Shown one piece after another: positions 28,383 through 40,607 of a stretch of 64,000 nt of DNA (positions within the stretch are counted from its first letter, which is position 1; each line of letters starts with the position of its first letter). Under the pieces are notes generated by a model, which made no database searches, was not told the origin of the DNA, and worked only from the letters and a program-made list of their open reading frames with translations. Location: assembly GCA_903847385.1 (NCBI GenBank), contig CAINDO010000261.1, positions 108 through 64,107 on the forward strand, read 5' to 3'. Origin of the DNA: an uncultured Myxococcales bacterium (lineage in GTDB: Bacteria > Myxococcota_A > Bradymonadia > UBA7976 > UBA1532). The position numbers and the translations under genes are program-made.

Positions 28383-29241
28383 AGTAGATGAGGCCGATGG
28401 CCAGCGCCAGGTAGAGGGCGATCACGACCTGCATGCCGCGGTCCGTGAGCACGACCTCCGTCGGTGAGCCGCCCTTCTGGTGCAGGTGCACCAGATACAG
28501 GTAGCGGAAGATGCCGAACAGCACGAGCGGCACCGTGAGCACCAGGCCGTTGGTGCCGACCTTCTCCACCGTGCGCGGGTCGATGGTGTAGAGCGCGTAG
28601 CTCATCACCGTCATCGAGGCCAGGGCGGCCACCATCTTGTCGATGAACTGCAGGGAGTAGTGCGCCAGGTTGCCGCGGTGCGAGATGGCGTCCTCGCCCA
28701 GGCTCTCGAGCTCGTGCCGGCGTTTGCAGAACGCCAGGAAGAGCGAAATAAAGAACGTGCAGATGAGCAGCCAGAACGAGATGTCCACCTCGATGGCGAA
28801 GGCGCCGGCGGTCACGCGGAACAGGAAGCCGAGCGCGATCATGAAGACGTCGAGCAGCACGAAGTGCTTGAGCCAGACCGAGTAGGCCAGGTTCATCACC
28901 GCGTAGGTGGCCAGCACGACCCCCGTGGCGGTGTTCAGCCAGAAGGCGATGCTCAGGCCGATGGGCGCCAGGATCAGGGACAGGATGATCGCGTTCGTCC
29001 GGGAGATGGCGCCGCTGGCGATGGGGCGCTGGCTCTTCTTCGGGTGGATGCGGTCGCGCTCGTAATCGGCGACGTCGTTGACGAGGTAGATGGCGCTGGC
29101 GACGAGGCAGAAGGCCCCGAAAATCGTCAGCGTCTGGAGGCCGTGCTCGCGGTTCGTCAGGTTTCGAGAGAAGACGAGAGCCGCGAAAACAAAGACGTTT
29201 TTGACCCACTGGTGGGGGCGGAGGGCGCGGAGGTAATGCAT
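28357..29241 (-). CDS. UbiA-family decaprenyl-phosphate phosphoribosyltransferase-like protein
   Basis: LRPHQWVKN, YLVNDVADYERDRIHPKKSQRPIASG, KRRHEL, GGSPT; multiple TM helices. Confidence 0.88.
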   Translation of the reverse strand: MHYLRALRPHQWVKNVFVFAALVFSRNLTNREHGLQTLTIFGAFCLVASAIYLVNDVADYERDRIHPKKSQRPIASGAISRTNAIILSLILAPIGLSIAFWLNTATGVVLATYAVMNLAYSVWLKHFVLLDVFMIALGFLFRVTAGAFAIEVDISFWLLICTFFISLFLAFCKRRHELESLGEDAISHRGNLAHYSLQFIDKMVAALASMTVMSYALYTIDPRTVEKVGTNGLVLTVPLVLFGIFRYLYLVHLHQKGGSPTEVVLTDRGMQVVIALYLALAIGLIYFNVRLHLA

Positions 29242-29317
29242 TGCGTCGGGATTAGCACATTTTTGGCTTGCCTTGGAACCATCCCGGTGATAAAAGCCCG
29301 GCACACTTTGCTGACGC

Positions 29318-29392
29318 GGGCGATTAACTCAGCGGTAGAGTGCTTCCTTCACACGGAAGAAGTCACAAGTTCAAATCTTGTATCGCCCACCA
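29318..29392 (+). tRNA. tRNA-Val (anticodon CAC), CCA encoded
   Basis: GGGCGATTAACTCAGCGGTAGAGTG-CTTCC-TTCACAC-GGAAG-AAGTCACAAGTTCAAATCTTGTATCGCCCACCA. Confidence 0.97.
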
Positions 29393-29426
29393 AAAACCCC
29401 GGCCGACCTGGCTGGGGTTTTTTTTT
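29393..29426 (+). terminator. Rho-independent terminator after tRNA-Val
   Basis: AAAACCCCGGCC...GGCTGGGGTTTTTTTTT. Confidence 0.88.
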
Positions 29427-29535
29427 GATTTCAGCCGGACGTGTGAAGAATTTGCGATTGTCTCGCGTCCAGGATTCGGGTTTGTTACGGCCCGCAGTGC
29501 CTGTGCAACAACCGGAAATCCAGAGGGGATTCACG

Positions 29536-30168
29536 ATGATGACGAAGAGTGCAGCGATCCTGGCGGGGGCGATGGTCATGGCGGCGGCGAGCCCCGCGGC
29601 GGCCCTGGGGCTGAAGTACGGCGTGCGCGCTGGTTACGGCATCGGGATGCCTGATCCGGACAAGGGCATCGACAGCGCCTCGGTGCTGGACGTCGGCGGC
29701 GCGGTGATGCTCGACCTCGCGATCCTCGGCCTCGAGGTGGACCTGCTCTACAACCGCCAGACGACGACGTCCAAGGTCGACATTCTCGGCACCTCCAAGA
29801 CCTTCGATGGTGTCCAGAGCAACATCGCCATCCCGGTCCTCGCGCGCGGCAGCTTCCCGCTCATCCCGGCCTTCCTGAGCCTGGATTTCGGCGGCGGCCT
29901 CGAGCCCCGCTTCCCGATCGGCGCGTCCTTCGACGGCAAGGACGAGATCGACAACGGCACGGGCGGCAAGACCAAGCTCGTCGACAGCCTCGAGTCGATG
30001 TACCTGTACCTGCCGATCTTCATCGGCGCGACGCTCGACCTGAAGCTCCTGACGGCGAACCTGGACATTCGCTACGAGCGCCAGCTCACCGCCCACATCA
30101 AGAAGGACAAGGGCGACGAGGACGCGCGCTTCCACGAACTCGTCTTCATGGCCGGCGTGCTGTTCTAA
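29536..30168 (+). CDS. Outer-membrane beta-barrel (porin-like) protein
   Basis: GAGGGG RBS; signal peptide ending AAA-LG; YGVRAG, LEVDLLY, LDIRYE; terminal Phe. Confidence 0.75.
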   Translation: MMTKSAAILAGAMVMAAASPAAALGLKYGVRAGYGIGMPDPDKGIDSASVLDVGGAVMLDLAILGLEVDLLYNRQTTTSKVDILGTSKTFDGVQSNIAIPVLARGSFPLIPAFLSLDFGGGLEPRFPIGASFDGKDEIDNGTGGKTKLVDSLESMYLYLPIFIGATLDLKLLTANLDIRYERQLTAHIKKDKGDEDARFHELVFMAGVLF

Positions 30169-31364
30169 TCAGCCGCTCTCACGACGCCGGCCGCGAGCAG
30201 GGCGTCGACCTCCGCGGGTGAATAACCCGCCTCGCTCAGCACCGCGCGGGTGTCTTCACCTTGCCGCGGTGCCGGGCGCACCGCCGTCGGCGGCTCCGAC
30301 CCGGGCAAGAGCTTCGGGTTCGGGAAGAGGTGCAGGAACTCTGCGCCCTCGGCCGCGTTGTGATGCGTGCCGAACAGGCCCCGCGCCTTCGCGTGGGGCG
30401 TCGCCCGGGCCTCGTCCAAGGTAAGCACGGGCTCGATGCAGCAGTCGTGTTTCGCCAGGAACTCGACCCACGCGTCCCGCGTCCGCGAGGCGAAGAGGGC
30501 CGCCAGCTCGGCCTCCACGGCGGTCCTGCGCGCGCCCGTCGCGTAACCTTCGGGGCCCAGCTCGGGGCGCCCCACGGCCTGGCAGAAGGCCATCCAGAAC
30601 TTGGGCTCGAGGGCGGCGACGGCGAGCGTCTGCCCGTCCGCGCAGCGCCAGGGCCGGTAGCAGAGCAGGGCGCCGGCGAGCTCGTCGGCACCGGGCGAAT
30701 CCACGCGCGCGCCAGCGAAGGCCTTGGCCTGGAGCATGATGCCCAGGCCGGCGACGCCGTCCGCCATGGAGGCATCGACCAGGCGGCCACGGCCGGTGCG
30801 GGTGCGCTCGTGCAGCGCAGCCAGGATGCCGAGCACGGGGTAGAGCGCGCCGCCGGCGATGTCGGCGACCTGCACACCCGGGAGCACGACGCCGGCCTCG
30901 GGGGTGCCCGTGACGCCGGCGAGACCCGCCAACGCCAGGTAGTTGAAGTCGTGCCCGGCCTTGTCCGCCAGGGGCGAGTCCTGACCGTAGCCGCTGATGG
31001 CGCAGTAGATTAGGCGGGGGTTGGCCGCCATCAAGGCGTCCGGTCCCAGCCCGAGCCGGGCCATCACGCCGGGGCGGAAGCTCTCGATGAGCACGTCCGC
31101 CTCGGCCACGAGGCGAAGCAGGATCTCGCGGCCGGCCGCCTGCTTCAGGTCCAGCGCGAGCCCCCGCTTGTCGCGGTTCAGCGCCGCGAAGACGGCCGAC
31201 ATGCGGCCGCCGAGGGGCGGGAAATAGCGCGCGTAGTCGCCGCCCTGCGTGTCCTCGATCTTGAGGACCGTGGCGCCGAGATCGGCGAGCAGGAGCGAGG
31301 CGAAGGGGCCTGGGAGGAGTCGCGAGAGGTCGAGGACGCGGAGGTCGTCGAGGGGGCGGGACAC
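30165..31364 (-). CDS. CaiB/BaiF family III CoA-transferase, alpha-methylacyl-CoA racemase-like
   Basis: PLDDLRVLDLSRLLPGP, NRDKR, ESFRPGVM, GHDFNYLALAG, ADIAGG. Confidence 0.88.
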   Translation of the reverse strand: MSRPLDDLRVLDLSRLLPGPFASLLLADLGATVLKIEDTQGGDYARYFPPLGGRMSAVFAALNRDKRGLALDLKQAAGREILLRLVAEADVLIESFRPGVMARLGLGPDALMAANPRLIYCAISGYGQDSPLADKAGHDFNYLALAGLAGVTGTPEAGVVLPGVQVADIAGGALYPVLGILAALHERTRTGRGRLVDASMADGVAGLGIMLQAKAFAGARVDSPGADELAGALLCYRPWRCADGQTLAVAALEPKFWMAFCQAVGRPELGPEGYATGARRTAVEAELAALFASRTRDAWVEFLAKHDCCIEPVLTLDEARATPHAKARGLFGTHHNAAEGAEFLHLFPNPKLLPGSEPPTAVRPAPRQGEDTRAVLSEAGYSPAEVDALLAAGVVRAAD

Positions 31365-31378
31365 GGCGGGGAGGGGCT

Positions 31379-31705
31379 TCAGCCGCCGAGGACGGAGCCG
31401 AGCTTCATGGCGAGGCCCATGTTGCCCGACACCTGGAGCTTGCCCATCATGAACAGCTGCGGACCGGGGACCTTGCCCTGGACGAGGTTCACGAAGTCGG
31501 CGGAGCCGACGGTGATCGTACAATCGGCGGCCGCGGCGGCGCCGGAGGAGACCTTGCACTCCTTGAGGTCGACCACCCACTGACCGCCGTCGTCGCCCGT
31601 CACGTTGAACTGGTAGACGGCGTCGATCTCTTTCGCCTTCGCCTGCTGGGCCGGGTTCTGGAGGCGGGTGGCGATCTGGTTCTCGAAGATTTCCTGGGGG
31701 GTCAT
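31379..31705 (-). CDS. SCP2 sterol/lipid-binding domain protein
   Basis: YQFNVTG..GGQWVVDL, ADCTI, LFMMGKLQVSGNMGLAMKL. Confidence 0.9.
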   Translation of the reverse strand: MTPQEIFENQIATRLQNPAQQAKAKEIDAVYQFNVTGDDGGQWVVDLKECKVSSGAAAAADCTITVGSADFVNLVQGKVPGPQLFMMGKLQVSGNMGLAMKLGSVLGG

Positions 31706-31735
31706 GTGGGTCTCCCGATGGATGGCCGATGGAAA

Positions 31736-31798
31736 ACTGAATCACGATTCAGTCGGTGCGAGGCCGGGAGGTTAGTCACCCCGGTCCCGCACTGTCAA
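31736..31798 (-). promoter_or_regulatory. Sigma70-type promoter plus perfect palindromic operator upstream of SCP2
   Basis: Minus strand TTGACA (31793-31798)-18-TAACCT; ACTGAATC-AC-GATTCAGT at 31736-31753. Confidence 0.6.
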
Positions 31799-32591
31799 CG
31801 GCCTGTGCGGCCCGATGGGCGCGGCACACGCCGCGGCGGCCTTCGGCCAGGAAACCGAGGAACGAGCGCACTTCGGCGTGCGCGGAGAGGGCCTCGAGCT
31901 CGGCGAGCGTGACGGCGTCACGACGGCGCGCGGCGGGGCCCGTCAGGCGCAGGCGGAACGCGCGGTGGAGGGCGTCGCGGACGTCGCGGGGGAGCCCGGC
32001 GCGCCGAAGCCCGGTCACGTTGAGGCCGTAGAGACGCGCGTGGTCGCCGACGGCCAGGCAGTACGGTGGCACGTCCTGGCTCACCATGGCGTTGGCGGCG
32101 ACGAAGGCCAGCGCGCCGACGCGGGCGAACTGGTGGACGGCGGCATGCCCGCCGAGGCCGGCCCGGTCGTGGATCTCCACGTGCCCGGCGAGGCTGACCC
32201 CGTTGGCCAGCGTGACCGCGTCCCCCAGCATGCAGTCGTGGCCGACGTGCGCGCCGGCCATCAGCAGGTTGCCGGCGCCGAGGCGCGTGACGCCACCGCC
32301 GTGGGCGCTGCCGCGCGAGACGGTCACGTGCTCGCGGAAGACGTTGTCCGGGCCGCAGACGAGCCGCGTGGGCGCGTCCGACGGCGTCCGGCGGTCCTGG
32401 GCGTCTGCGCCAATCACCGCGAAGCTGTGCACGTGGCACCCGGCCCCGAGCGTCGTGTTCGGCCCCACGATGGCGTAGGGATGGAGTACACAGCCCGGCC
32501 CGATCACCGCGCCGGCGCCGACGACGACCCCCGCAGCGAGCTGTGCGGTCGCATCGACGCGCGCGGAGGGGTCGACGAGCGCGCGCATCAC
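31776..32591 (-). CDS. lpxA: Acyl-ACP--UDP-GlcNAc O-acyltransferase
   Basis: Hexapeptide repeats, [43 protein letters not shown]. Confidence 0.92.
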   Translation of the reverse strand: MMRALVDPSARVDATAQLAAGVVVGAGAVIGPGCVLHPYAIVGPNTTLGAGCHVHSFAVIGADAQDRRTPSDAPTRLVCGPDNVFREHVTVSRGSAHGGGVTRLGAGNLLMAGAHVGHDCMLGDAVTLANGVSLAGHVEIHDRAGLGGHAAVHQFARVGALAFVAANAMVSQDVPPYCLAVGDHARLYGLNVTGLRRAGLPRDVRDALHRAFRLRLTGPAARRRDAVTLAELEALSAHAEVRSFLGFLAEGRRGVCRAHRAAQAVDSAGPG

Positions 32592-33559
32592 GGCTCCACC
32601 AGGCGGCGCAGGCGCGCGATGCGGCGCAGTCGGGGGCGGTTCGGCTCCGCGGGGTGACCGCTGTATTCCCCGCCGGCCGGCAGGCTGTGCGTGACCCCGC
32701 TCTGGGCGGCCACGCGGGCACCGCGACCGACGACGGCGCCCCCGGCGACCCCGACCTGGCCACCCAGGACGACACCCGCCTCGACCACGGCCCCGCCGGC
32801 CAGGCCGACCTGCCCGCAGAGCACCGCGCCGGCGCCGACGCGGGCGTTGTGGCCGACCTGCACCAGGTTGTCCAGGTGGGCGCCCCGGCCGATGCGCGTC
32901 TCTCCGAGCGTGGCCCGGTCGACGCAGGTGTTGGCCCCCAAGGTGACGGCGTCCTCGATGACGACCCGCCCCACGTGGGGGAGGCGCCCGGCGGCGTCCA
33001 GCCCGAAGCCCGTGGCGCCGACGACGGCCCCCGGCCCGATCAGGCAGTCCGCGCCGACGACGCAGGCGTCGAGCACTGTCGCGCGGGGATGGAGCACGGT
33101 CCGCGCGCCGATTTCCGCGCCGGCGCCGACGAAGGACCCGGCCGAGAGCGAGACGTCGTCCCCCAAGCGCGCGCCGGGACCGACGAAAACGAACGGTCCG
33201 ATGCGCACGCCGCTCCCCAGGCTTGCGGTGGGATCCACCGCCGCGCGCGGGTCGATGCCCGGGGCGGGCCTCGCGAGCGGCTCTGGCACGTTCAGGAGGC
33301 GCAGGCTGCGGGAGAGCGCCTCACGCGGCGCGTCGGCGGCGAGAACCGCACATCCGTCGGGGACGTCGGCCGCGAACCGGGGGTCGATCAAGACCGCGCC
33401 GGCCCGCGTGTGACGAAGTTCGGGCAGGAACCTGCGCTGAATGCACAGCGCGAGGTCGCCCGGCCCGGCAGCGTTCAGCTCGGCGACCCGCGAGACGAGG
33501 CGCTCGGGATCACCCGTCAGGCGAGCCGGCAGCGCGGCGGCGAGATCGCCGAGCCGCAC
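32588..33559 (-). CDS. lpxD: UDP-3-O-acyl-glucosamine N-acyltransferase
   Basis: [33 protein letters not shown]. Confidence 0.92.
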   Translation of the reverse strand: MRLGDLAAALPARLTGDPERLVSRVAELNAAGPGDLALCIQRRFLPELRHTRAGAVLIDPRFAADVPDGCAVLAADAPREALSRSLRLLNVPEPLARPAPGIDPRAAVDPTASLGSGVRIGPFVFVGPGARLGDDVSLSAGSFVGAGAEIGARTVLHPRATVLDACVVGADCLIGPGAVVGATGFGLDAAGRLPHVGRVVIEDAVTLGANTCVDRATLGETRIGRGAHLDNLVQVGHNARVGAGAVLCGQVGLAGGAVVEAGVVLGGQVGVAGGAVVGRGARVAAQSGVTHSLPAGGEYSGHPAEPNRPRLRRIARLRRLVEP

Positions 33560-33565
33560 GGCCGC

Positions 33566-34093
33566 TTATTTGCCTTCGCCCGCGTTGTAGCGGCGGATCA
33601 GCTCGTTCGTCAGGTCGAGCGCGCTCTCGGCCCAGAGCACCGAGGACTCGGTCTTCTCGAAGATCATCGTCCACTTCTGCTCTTTGCCCATCTTCTCGAG
33701 AATCCGGGCCATGCGCTTGAAGATGTCCTTGGTGAGCTCGGCCTCTTTGCCGGCGAGCTCCTTCTGCAGCGTCGCGTAGATCATCTGCAGGCGGCCGAGC
33801 TTCTCGGCAAGCTCCTCCTCACGCTGGCGGCGGATGTCTTCCTTCATCATCGCCTTCTGCGTGTCGAAGTCCGCCTTGGCCTTCTTCAGGCCCTCCTGCT
33901 CGCTGTCGAGCTGCTTCTGCTTGTCGCTCTTGAGCTTCTCGAGGGTGGCCTTGGCGGACTTGCCCTCGTCCACCTCGAGCAGCGCGCGCTGCATGTCGAC
34001 GTAGGCGATCTTGACCTCTGCCCGGGCGGCCGTGGCGCCAATGAGCAGGTAGAGCATCGAGGACAGGAGGAAACGGGCGCGGAAGGTCATCAC
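33566..34093 (-). CDS. skp: OmpH/Skp periplasmic chaperone
   Basis: Signal peptide, KIAYVDMQRAL, coiled coil, DLTNELI; located between bamA and lpxD. Confidence 0.92.
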   Translation of the reverse strand: MMTFRARFLLSSMLYLLIGATAARAEVKIAYVDMQRALLEVDEGKSAKATLEKLKSDKQKQLDSEQEGLKKAKADFDTQKAMMKEDIRRQREEELAEKLGRLQMIYATLQKELAGKEAELTKDIFKRMARILEKMGKEQKWTMIFEKTESSVLWAESALDLTNELIRRYNAGEGK

Positions 34094-34100
34094 GACACTC

Positions 34101-36442
<2,342 letters not shown>

Positions 36443-36446
<4 letters not shown>

Positions 36447-37159
36447 GGGTTGGCGCCCTCCTCGAAGCCGTTCACGAGGCCGCCGTCCTTCATGCGCAGG
36501 CAGCGCGGCAGGTTGCGCGCGAGTTCGGCGTTGTGGGTGACGATGAGCATGGCCGTGCCGTACTCCGTCGTCAGCGACTGGAAGAGCTCATGGATGCCCG
36601 CGCTCGTGCGGCTGTCCAGGTTGCCCGTGGGCTCGTCCGCCATGAGCAGCCTGGGCTGACCGACCAGCGCGCGGGCCAGCGCGACGCGCTGCTGCTCGCC
36701 GCCCGAGAGTTCGCCGGGTCGGTGCGTGAGCCGGTGCGAGAGACCGACGCGCTCGAGCCAGTTCTCGGCGAGCGCGCGGGCCTCGTTGCGTCGGACCCGC
36801 CGCATCAGGAGAGGCATCATCGCGTTCTCCAGGGCGGTGAACTCCGGCAGCAGGTGATGGAACTGGAACATGAACCCGATGGTGCGGTTGCGGAATTCCG
36901 CGAGCGCGCGACCGTTCATCTGGGTCACGTCCTGCCCGGCCACCTTGATCTCGCCGCCCGTGGGCGCATCGAGCGTGCCGAGGACGTGTAGCAGTGTGCT
37001 CTTGCCGGCGCCGGACTGGCCGACGATGGCGACCTGCTCGCCGCGGTGGACGGTGAGGTCGATGTGGCGGAGGACCTCGATCTGGGCGCCCTCGTGGAGG
37101 AAACGCTTGGAGAGGCCGCGCACCTCGAGCAGCGGCGTGGCGGGGTCGAGGGCGGTCAT
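36443..37159 (-). CDS. lolD: Lipoprotein-releasing ABC transporter ATPase
   Basis: [40 protein letters not shown]. Confidence 0.93.
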
Positions 37160-38778
37160 TCGGCGCAGAGTCCCTCGACCGGGCGGAGCCGGGCCGCGTA
37201 GAAGGCCGGGTAGAGCGTGGAGATGACGCTGATCGCCAGCGCCACCAGCACGATGGCGACGACGTCGACCGCGCGCACGTCCACGGGGATGTTGGGCAGG
37301 TAGTAGACGGAGCCGTCCATCGGCAGCTTCACGGCGGAGAGGCCGAAGCCGAGCGAGAGGCCGAGCGTCGCGCCGACGAGCGCGCCGAGGGCGCCGTTGA
37401 ACAGGCCCTGGCTCATGAAGATGCGCACGATGCTCGCCTGATGCGCGCCCATGGCGTTGAGGATGGCCACCTGACGGCGGCGTTCGATGATGGTCATGAC
37501 CAGGGTTGCCGTGATCGCAAACGCGGCGAGCAGGATGTTGATGCTGAGGACCAGGAACATGGCGATCTTCTCCAGCTTCAGGGCGCTGAACAGGTTGCTG
37601 TTCAGCTCCTGCCAGTCCGAGACGCGAACGCCCGGGCCGAGCTTCTCCTGAAGGTGGTCGCGTACGGTTCGGGCCTGGTCGAGGTCGACGACGCGCACCT
37701 GAATGCCGCCGGCGACGTCGCCGAGCCCGAGATAGTGCTGGAGAGCGCCGAGGCTCGTATAGGCGAGGCGCGTGTCGAATTCCAGCATGCCGGACTCGAA
37801 CCAGCCCGCGAGGCGGAACGGACGACTCTTGGGGATGGGGCCGTTGGGGCCGAGATCGCCGAAGGGCGAGACGACGTTGACCGACTCGCCTTGCCAGAGG
37901 TTCAGGTTGCGGCGCAGTTCGGCGCCCATCATCACGGCAGGGAGCAGGCGGCGGCCGTCCGGGCCCTTGGGGGCCGAGGGCGCCGGGAAGCCCATGTCGG
38001 CATCGATCAGTTCGGGATCCGGCGGGGGCGGCTCGGGCGGGGCGTCCTCGGCCTGGGCGGCCAGGCGTTGGCGCTCGCGGCCCTCGGGCACGTCCCCCAG
38101 GGAGGGGTGGTCGTTCAGGTCGAAGGGCTTGACCATCTCCGGCTTGTCGAGGGCCTCGAGCTTGCCCTCTTTCACCGTCTCGGGGAGCCGGTTGGCCTGC
38201 CCGACCGTCTGAACCTCGATGCCCTTCAGCAGCGCCGGCTGGAGATTCGTCGGGGAGGTGAGCATCACCTCCGTCTGAATGAACGGCGTCGCGCCGAGCA
38301 CCCCCTCGACCGTGCGGGCCTGGGCGGCGAGGTCCGTGTAACCCTCGAGGTACTGCCCGCCCTCGGCCGCGTCGATGACGATGTGCGCCTGCGTGTCGAC
38401 GATCTTCGTGCGCAGGTCCTTCTGAAACCCGTTCATCACGCCGAGGACCAGGATGACCTCCATCACGCCGATGGCCACCATGAAGGCGCTGAAGGCGCTG
38501 AACGACGTGAGGAACGTGTTGAGCGCGCCGAAGAGCGTGATGCAGAAGCCGATGGCCAGAAACGCGCCGCCGGCCCCGAGCGCGATCATCGGCCCCTGGG
38601 AGCGGGGCGCGAAGAGCGAGCTGGCGACGCTGTCACTGCCGAAGGCGGCGACGCCGAGGCCCACGCCGAGCCCGCCGAGGACCAGCAGCCCGAGCCCGAG
38701 CAGGAGCACCTGGGGGCGACGCTTCACCCGCAGCAGGTAACGCCAGCCGACGAAGCTCTCGAAGGGGCCGGCCCACAA
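37156..38778 (-). CDS. lolC: Lipoprotein-releasing ABC transporter permease (LolC/E/F family)
   Basis: [47 protein letters not shown]; Pro-rich periplasmic insert. Confidence 0.88.
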   Translation of the reverse strand: MWAGPFESFVGWRYLLRVKRRPQVLLLGLGLLVLGGLGVGLGVAAFGSDSVASSLFAPRSQGPMIALGAGGAFLAIGFCITLFGALNTFLTSFSAFSAFMVAIGVMEVILVLGVMNGFQKDLRTKIVDTQAHIVIDAAEGGQYLEGYTDLAAQARTVEGVLGATPFIQTEVMLTSPTNLQPALLKGIEVQTVGQANRLPETVKEGKLEALDKPEMVKPFDLNDHPSLGDVPEGRERQRLAAQAEDAPPEPPPPDPELIDADMGFPAPSAPKGPDGRRLLPAVMMGAELRRNLNLWQGESVNVVSPFGDLGPNGPIPKSRPFRLAGWFESGMLEFDTRLAYTSLGALQHYLGLGDVAGGIQVRVVDLDQARTVRDHLQEKLGPGVRVSDWQELNSNLFSALKLEKIAMFLVLSINILLAAFAITATLVMTIIERRRQVAILNAMGAHQASIVRIFMSQGLFNGALGALVGATLGLSLGFGLSAVKLPMDGSVYYLPNIPVDVRAVDVVAIVLVALAISVISTLYPAFYAARLRPVEGLCAE

Positions 38779-38784
38779 GGCGAC

Positions 38785-40260
38785 TCACCCCTCCGGACGC
38801 ATCAGAGGGAAGAAAAGGACGTCCCGGATCGAGGGGCTGTTCGTCATCAACATGACGAGGCGGTCGATGCCGATGCCCTCACCGGCGGTCGGGGGCATGC
38901 CGAACTCGAGGGCCCGGACGAAGTCCTCGTCCATCGGGTGGGCCTCGTCGTCGCCCTTCTCGCGGTTCTGCACCTGCGAGTCGAAGCGCTCGTACTGGTC
39001 GACCGGGTCGTTCAACTCGCTGAACGCGTTGGCGATCTCGCGTCCGGCGACGTAGAGCTCGAAGCGGTCGACCAGGCGGGGGTTCGTGTCCTTCTTGCGG
39101 GACAGAGGCGAGACGTCCAGCGGGAAGTCCGTGACGAAGGTCGGCTGGATGAGCAGGTGCTCCGCCGCGGCCTCGAACACGGCCATCTGCAGGTACCCCA
39201 GGGGCATCTGCGCCGTCTTGGGGATCTCGTAGCGCGCGGCGGCCGCCAGCAGGGCGTCGCGGTCCTCGACGTCCGCCTCGGGGATGCCGGCGTGTTCGAT
39301 GAGGCCCTGGTAGACGGACAGGCGGCGGAACGGCGCCTCGAAGGAGAGGGTGTGCTCGCCGTAGGGGATGACCGCCGTGCCGTGCATGTGCACGCAGAGG
39401 CCGCTCAGGAGGGTCTCGGTGAGATTCATGAGGTCTTCGTAGTTGGCGAAGGCCTCGTAGAACTCCAGCGCGGTGAACTCGGGGTTGTGCCGGGTGGACA
39501 CGCCCTCGTTCCGGAAGTTCTTGTTGAGCTCGAAGACCCGGTGCAGGCCGCCGACCACCAAACGCTTGAGGTTCAGCTCCGGCGCGATGCGCAGGTAGAG
39601 CTTCATGTCGAGCGCGTTGTTGTGGGTGACGAAGGGGCGCGCGGCCGCGCCGCCGTAAAGCGACGCCAGCATGGGCGTCTCGACCTCGAGATAGTCGCGA
39701 TCTTCGAAGAAGCGGCGGATGTACGACACGATCCGGCTGCGGGCCTGGAACGTGCGGCGGGTCTCCTCGTTGACGATCAGATCGACGTAGCGCTGCCGGT
39801 AGCGGACGGCGACGTCCGTCAAGCCGTGCCACTTCTCCGGCAGGGGGCGCAGGGTCTTGGTCAGGATGCGGAACGACCGCGCCTTGACCGAGAGCTCGCC
39901 CTTGCGGGTGCGCATCATCACGCCGCCGGTGCCGATGATGTCGCCGACGTCCAGGTGTTCGAGCCGCTGGAAGTCGAGCTCCGGCAGTTCGTTCTGGAAG
40001 AGGTTGACCTGGATCTCCGTGCTCCGGTCGAGCACGACCAGGAAGACCACCTTGCCCATGCGGCGCACGGCCATGACGCGGCCGGCGAGGGCTATGGCAA
40101 TCGCGGCCGCTTCCAGGGTCTCGGCGTCCTTGTCGGCGTGCTCCGCGAGGAGGTCGGCCGCCAGGTGCGTGACCCGGAAATCATTGGCGTAGGGGTCGTC
40201 TCCAAGGGCGCGCAGCGCGTCGGCTTTTGCCTTGCGCTGGCTGATGATCGTCTCTTCCAC
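38785..40260 (-). CDS. lysS: Lysine--tRNA ligase (class II)
   Basis: GGAGG RBS and GTG 40260; RYRQRYVDL, YGGAAARPF, LRIAPEL, FRNEG..HNPEFT, GMPPTAGEGIGIDRL. Confidence 0.97.
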   Translation of the reverse strand: MEETIISQRKAKADALRALGDDPYANDFRVTHLAADLLAEHADKDAETLEAAAIAIALAGRVMAVRRMGKVVFLVVLDRSTEIQVNLFQNELPELDFQRLEHLDVGDIIGTGGVMMRTRKGELSVKARSFRILTKTLRPLPEKWHGLTDVAVRYRQRYVDLIVNEETRRTFQARSRIVSYIRRFFEDRDYLEVETPMLASLYGGAAARPFVTHNNALDMKLYLRIAPELNLKRLVVGGLHRVFELNKNFRNEGVSTRHNPEFTALEFYEAFANYEDLMNLTETLLSGLCVHMHGTAVIPYGEHTLSFEAPFRRLSVYQGLIEHAGIPEADVEDRDALLAAAARYEIPKTAQMPLGYLQMAVFEAAAEHLLIQPTFVTDFPLDVSPLSRKKDTNPRLVDRFELYVAGREIANAFSELNDPVDQYERFDSQVQNREKGDDEAHPMDEDFVRALEFGMPPTAGEGIGIDRLVMLMTNSPSIRDVLFFPLMRPEG

Positions 40261-40325
40261 CGCGGTGCCTCCGGCGAGCGAGCGGCGCACCGTATCCGCA
40301 TGTCCCGCCGGGATCAAGCACAGAT

Positions 40326-40568
40326 ATTTTCACAGCAATTCACAACTTATCCACAGGCGAGGGCGCCGCAGCGGGGCATGACGCGTCGCGTCAGTCTCGT
40401 GAGTTTTGAGTCGTCCCACGTTGGGTGATGATGTGGGTCTTCGAATGATTTCATGGACTTGCAAATCGCCATGCGGTTTTACGGCGATGGGATGTCCATG
40501 GGAAACGCGTCACGGGTCGCGCGATTGACCGAACAAACGGTCATGCCTGTGGATAAAACTGGGGATAA
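40326..40568. promoter_or_regulatory. Cluster of DnaA boxes flanking an IHF-like site (oriC-, datA- or DARS-like element)
   Basis: ATTTTCACA 40326, CAATTCACA 40336, TTATCCACA 40347; TGTGGATAA 40548, TGGGGATAA 40560; TTTCAT-GGAC-TTG at 40449. Confidence 0.7.
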
Positions 40569-40607
40569 CGTGAATCGAAGTAGGAAATGGGGCAGGGAGG
40601 TAAGATT

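Noticed and set aside
25432-29392. Segment between two tRNAs as a possible genomic island
   Set aside because: Contains housekeeping genes (rpmB, ridA, hpf); no integrase, att duplication or compositional shift seen.
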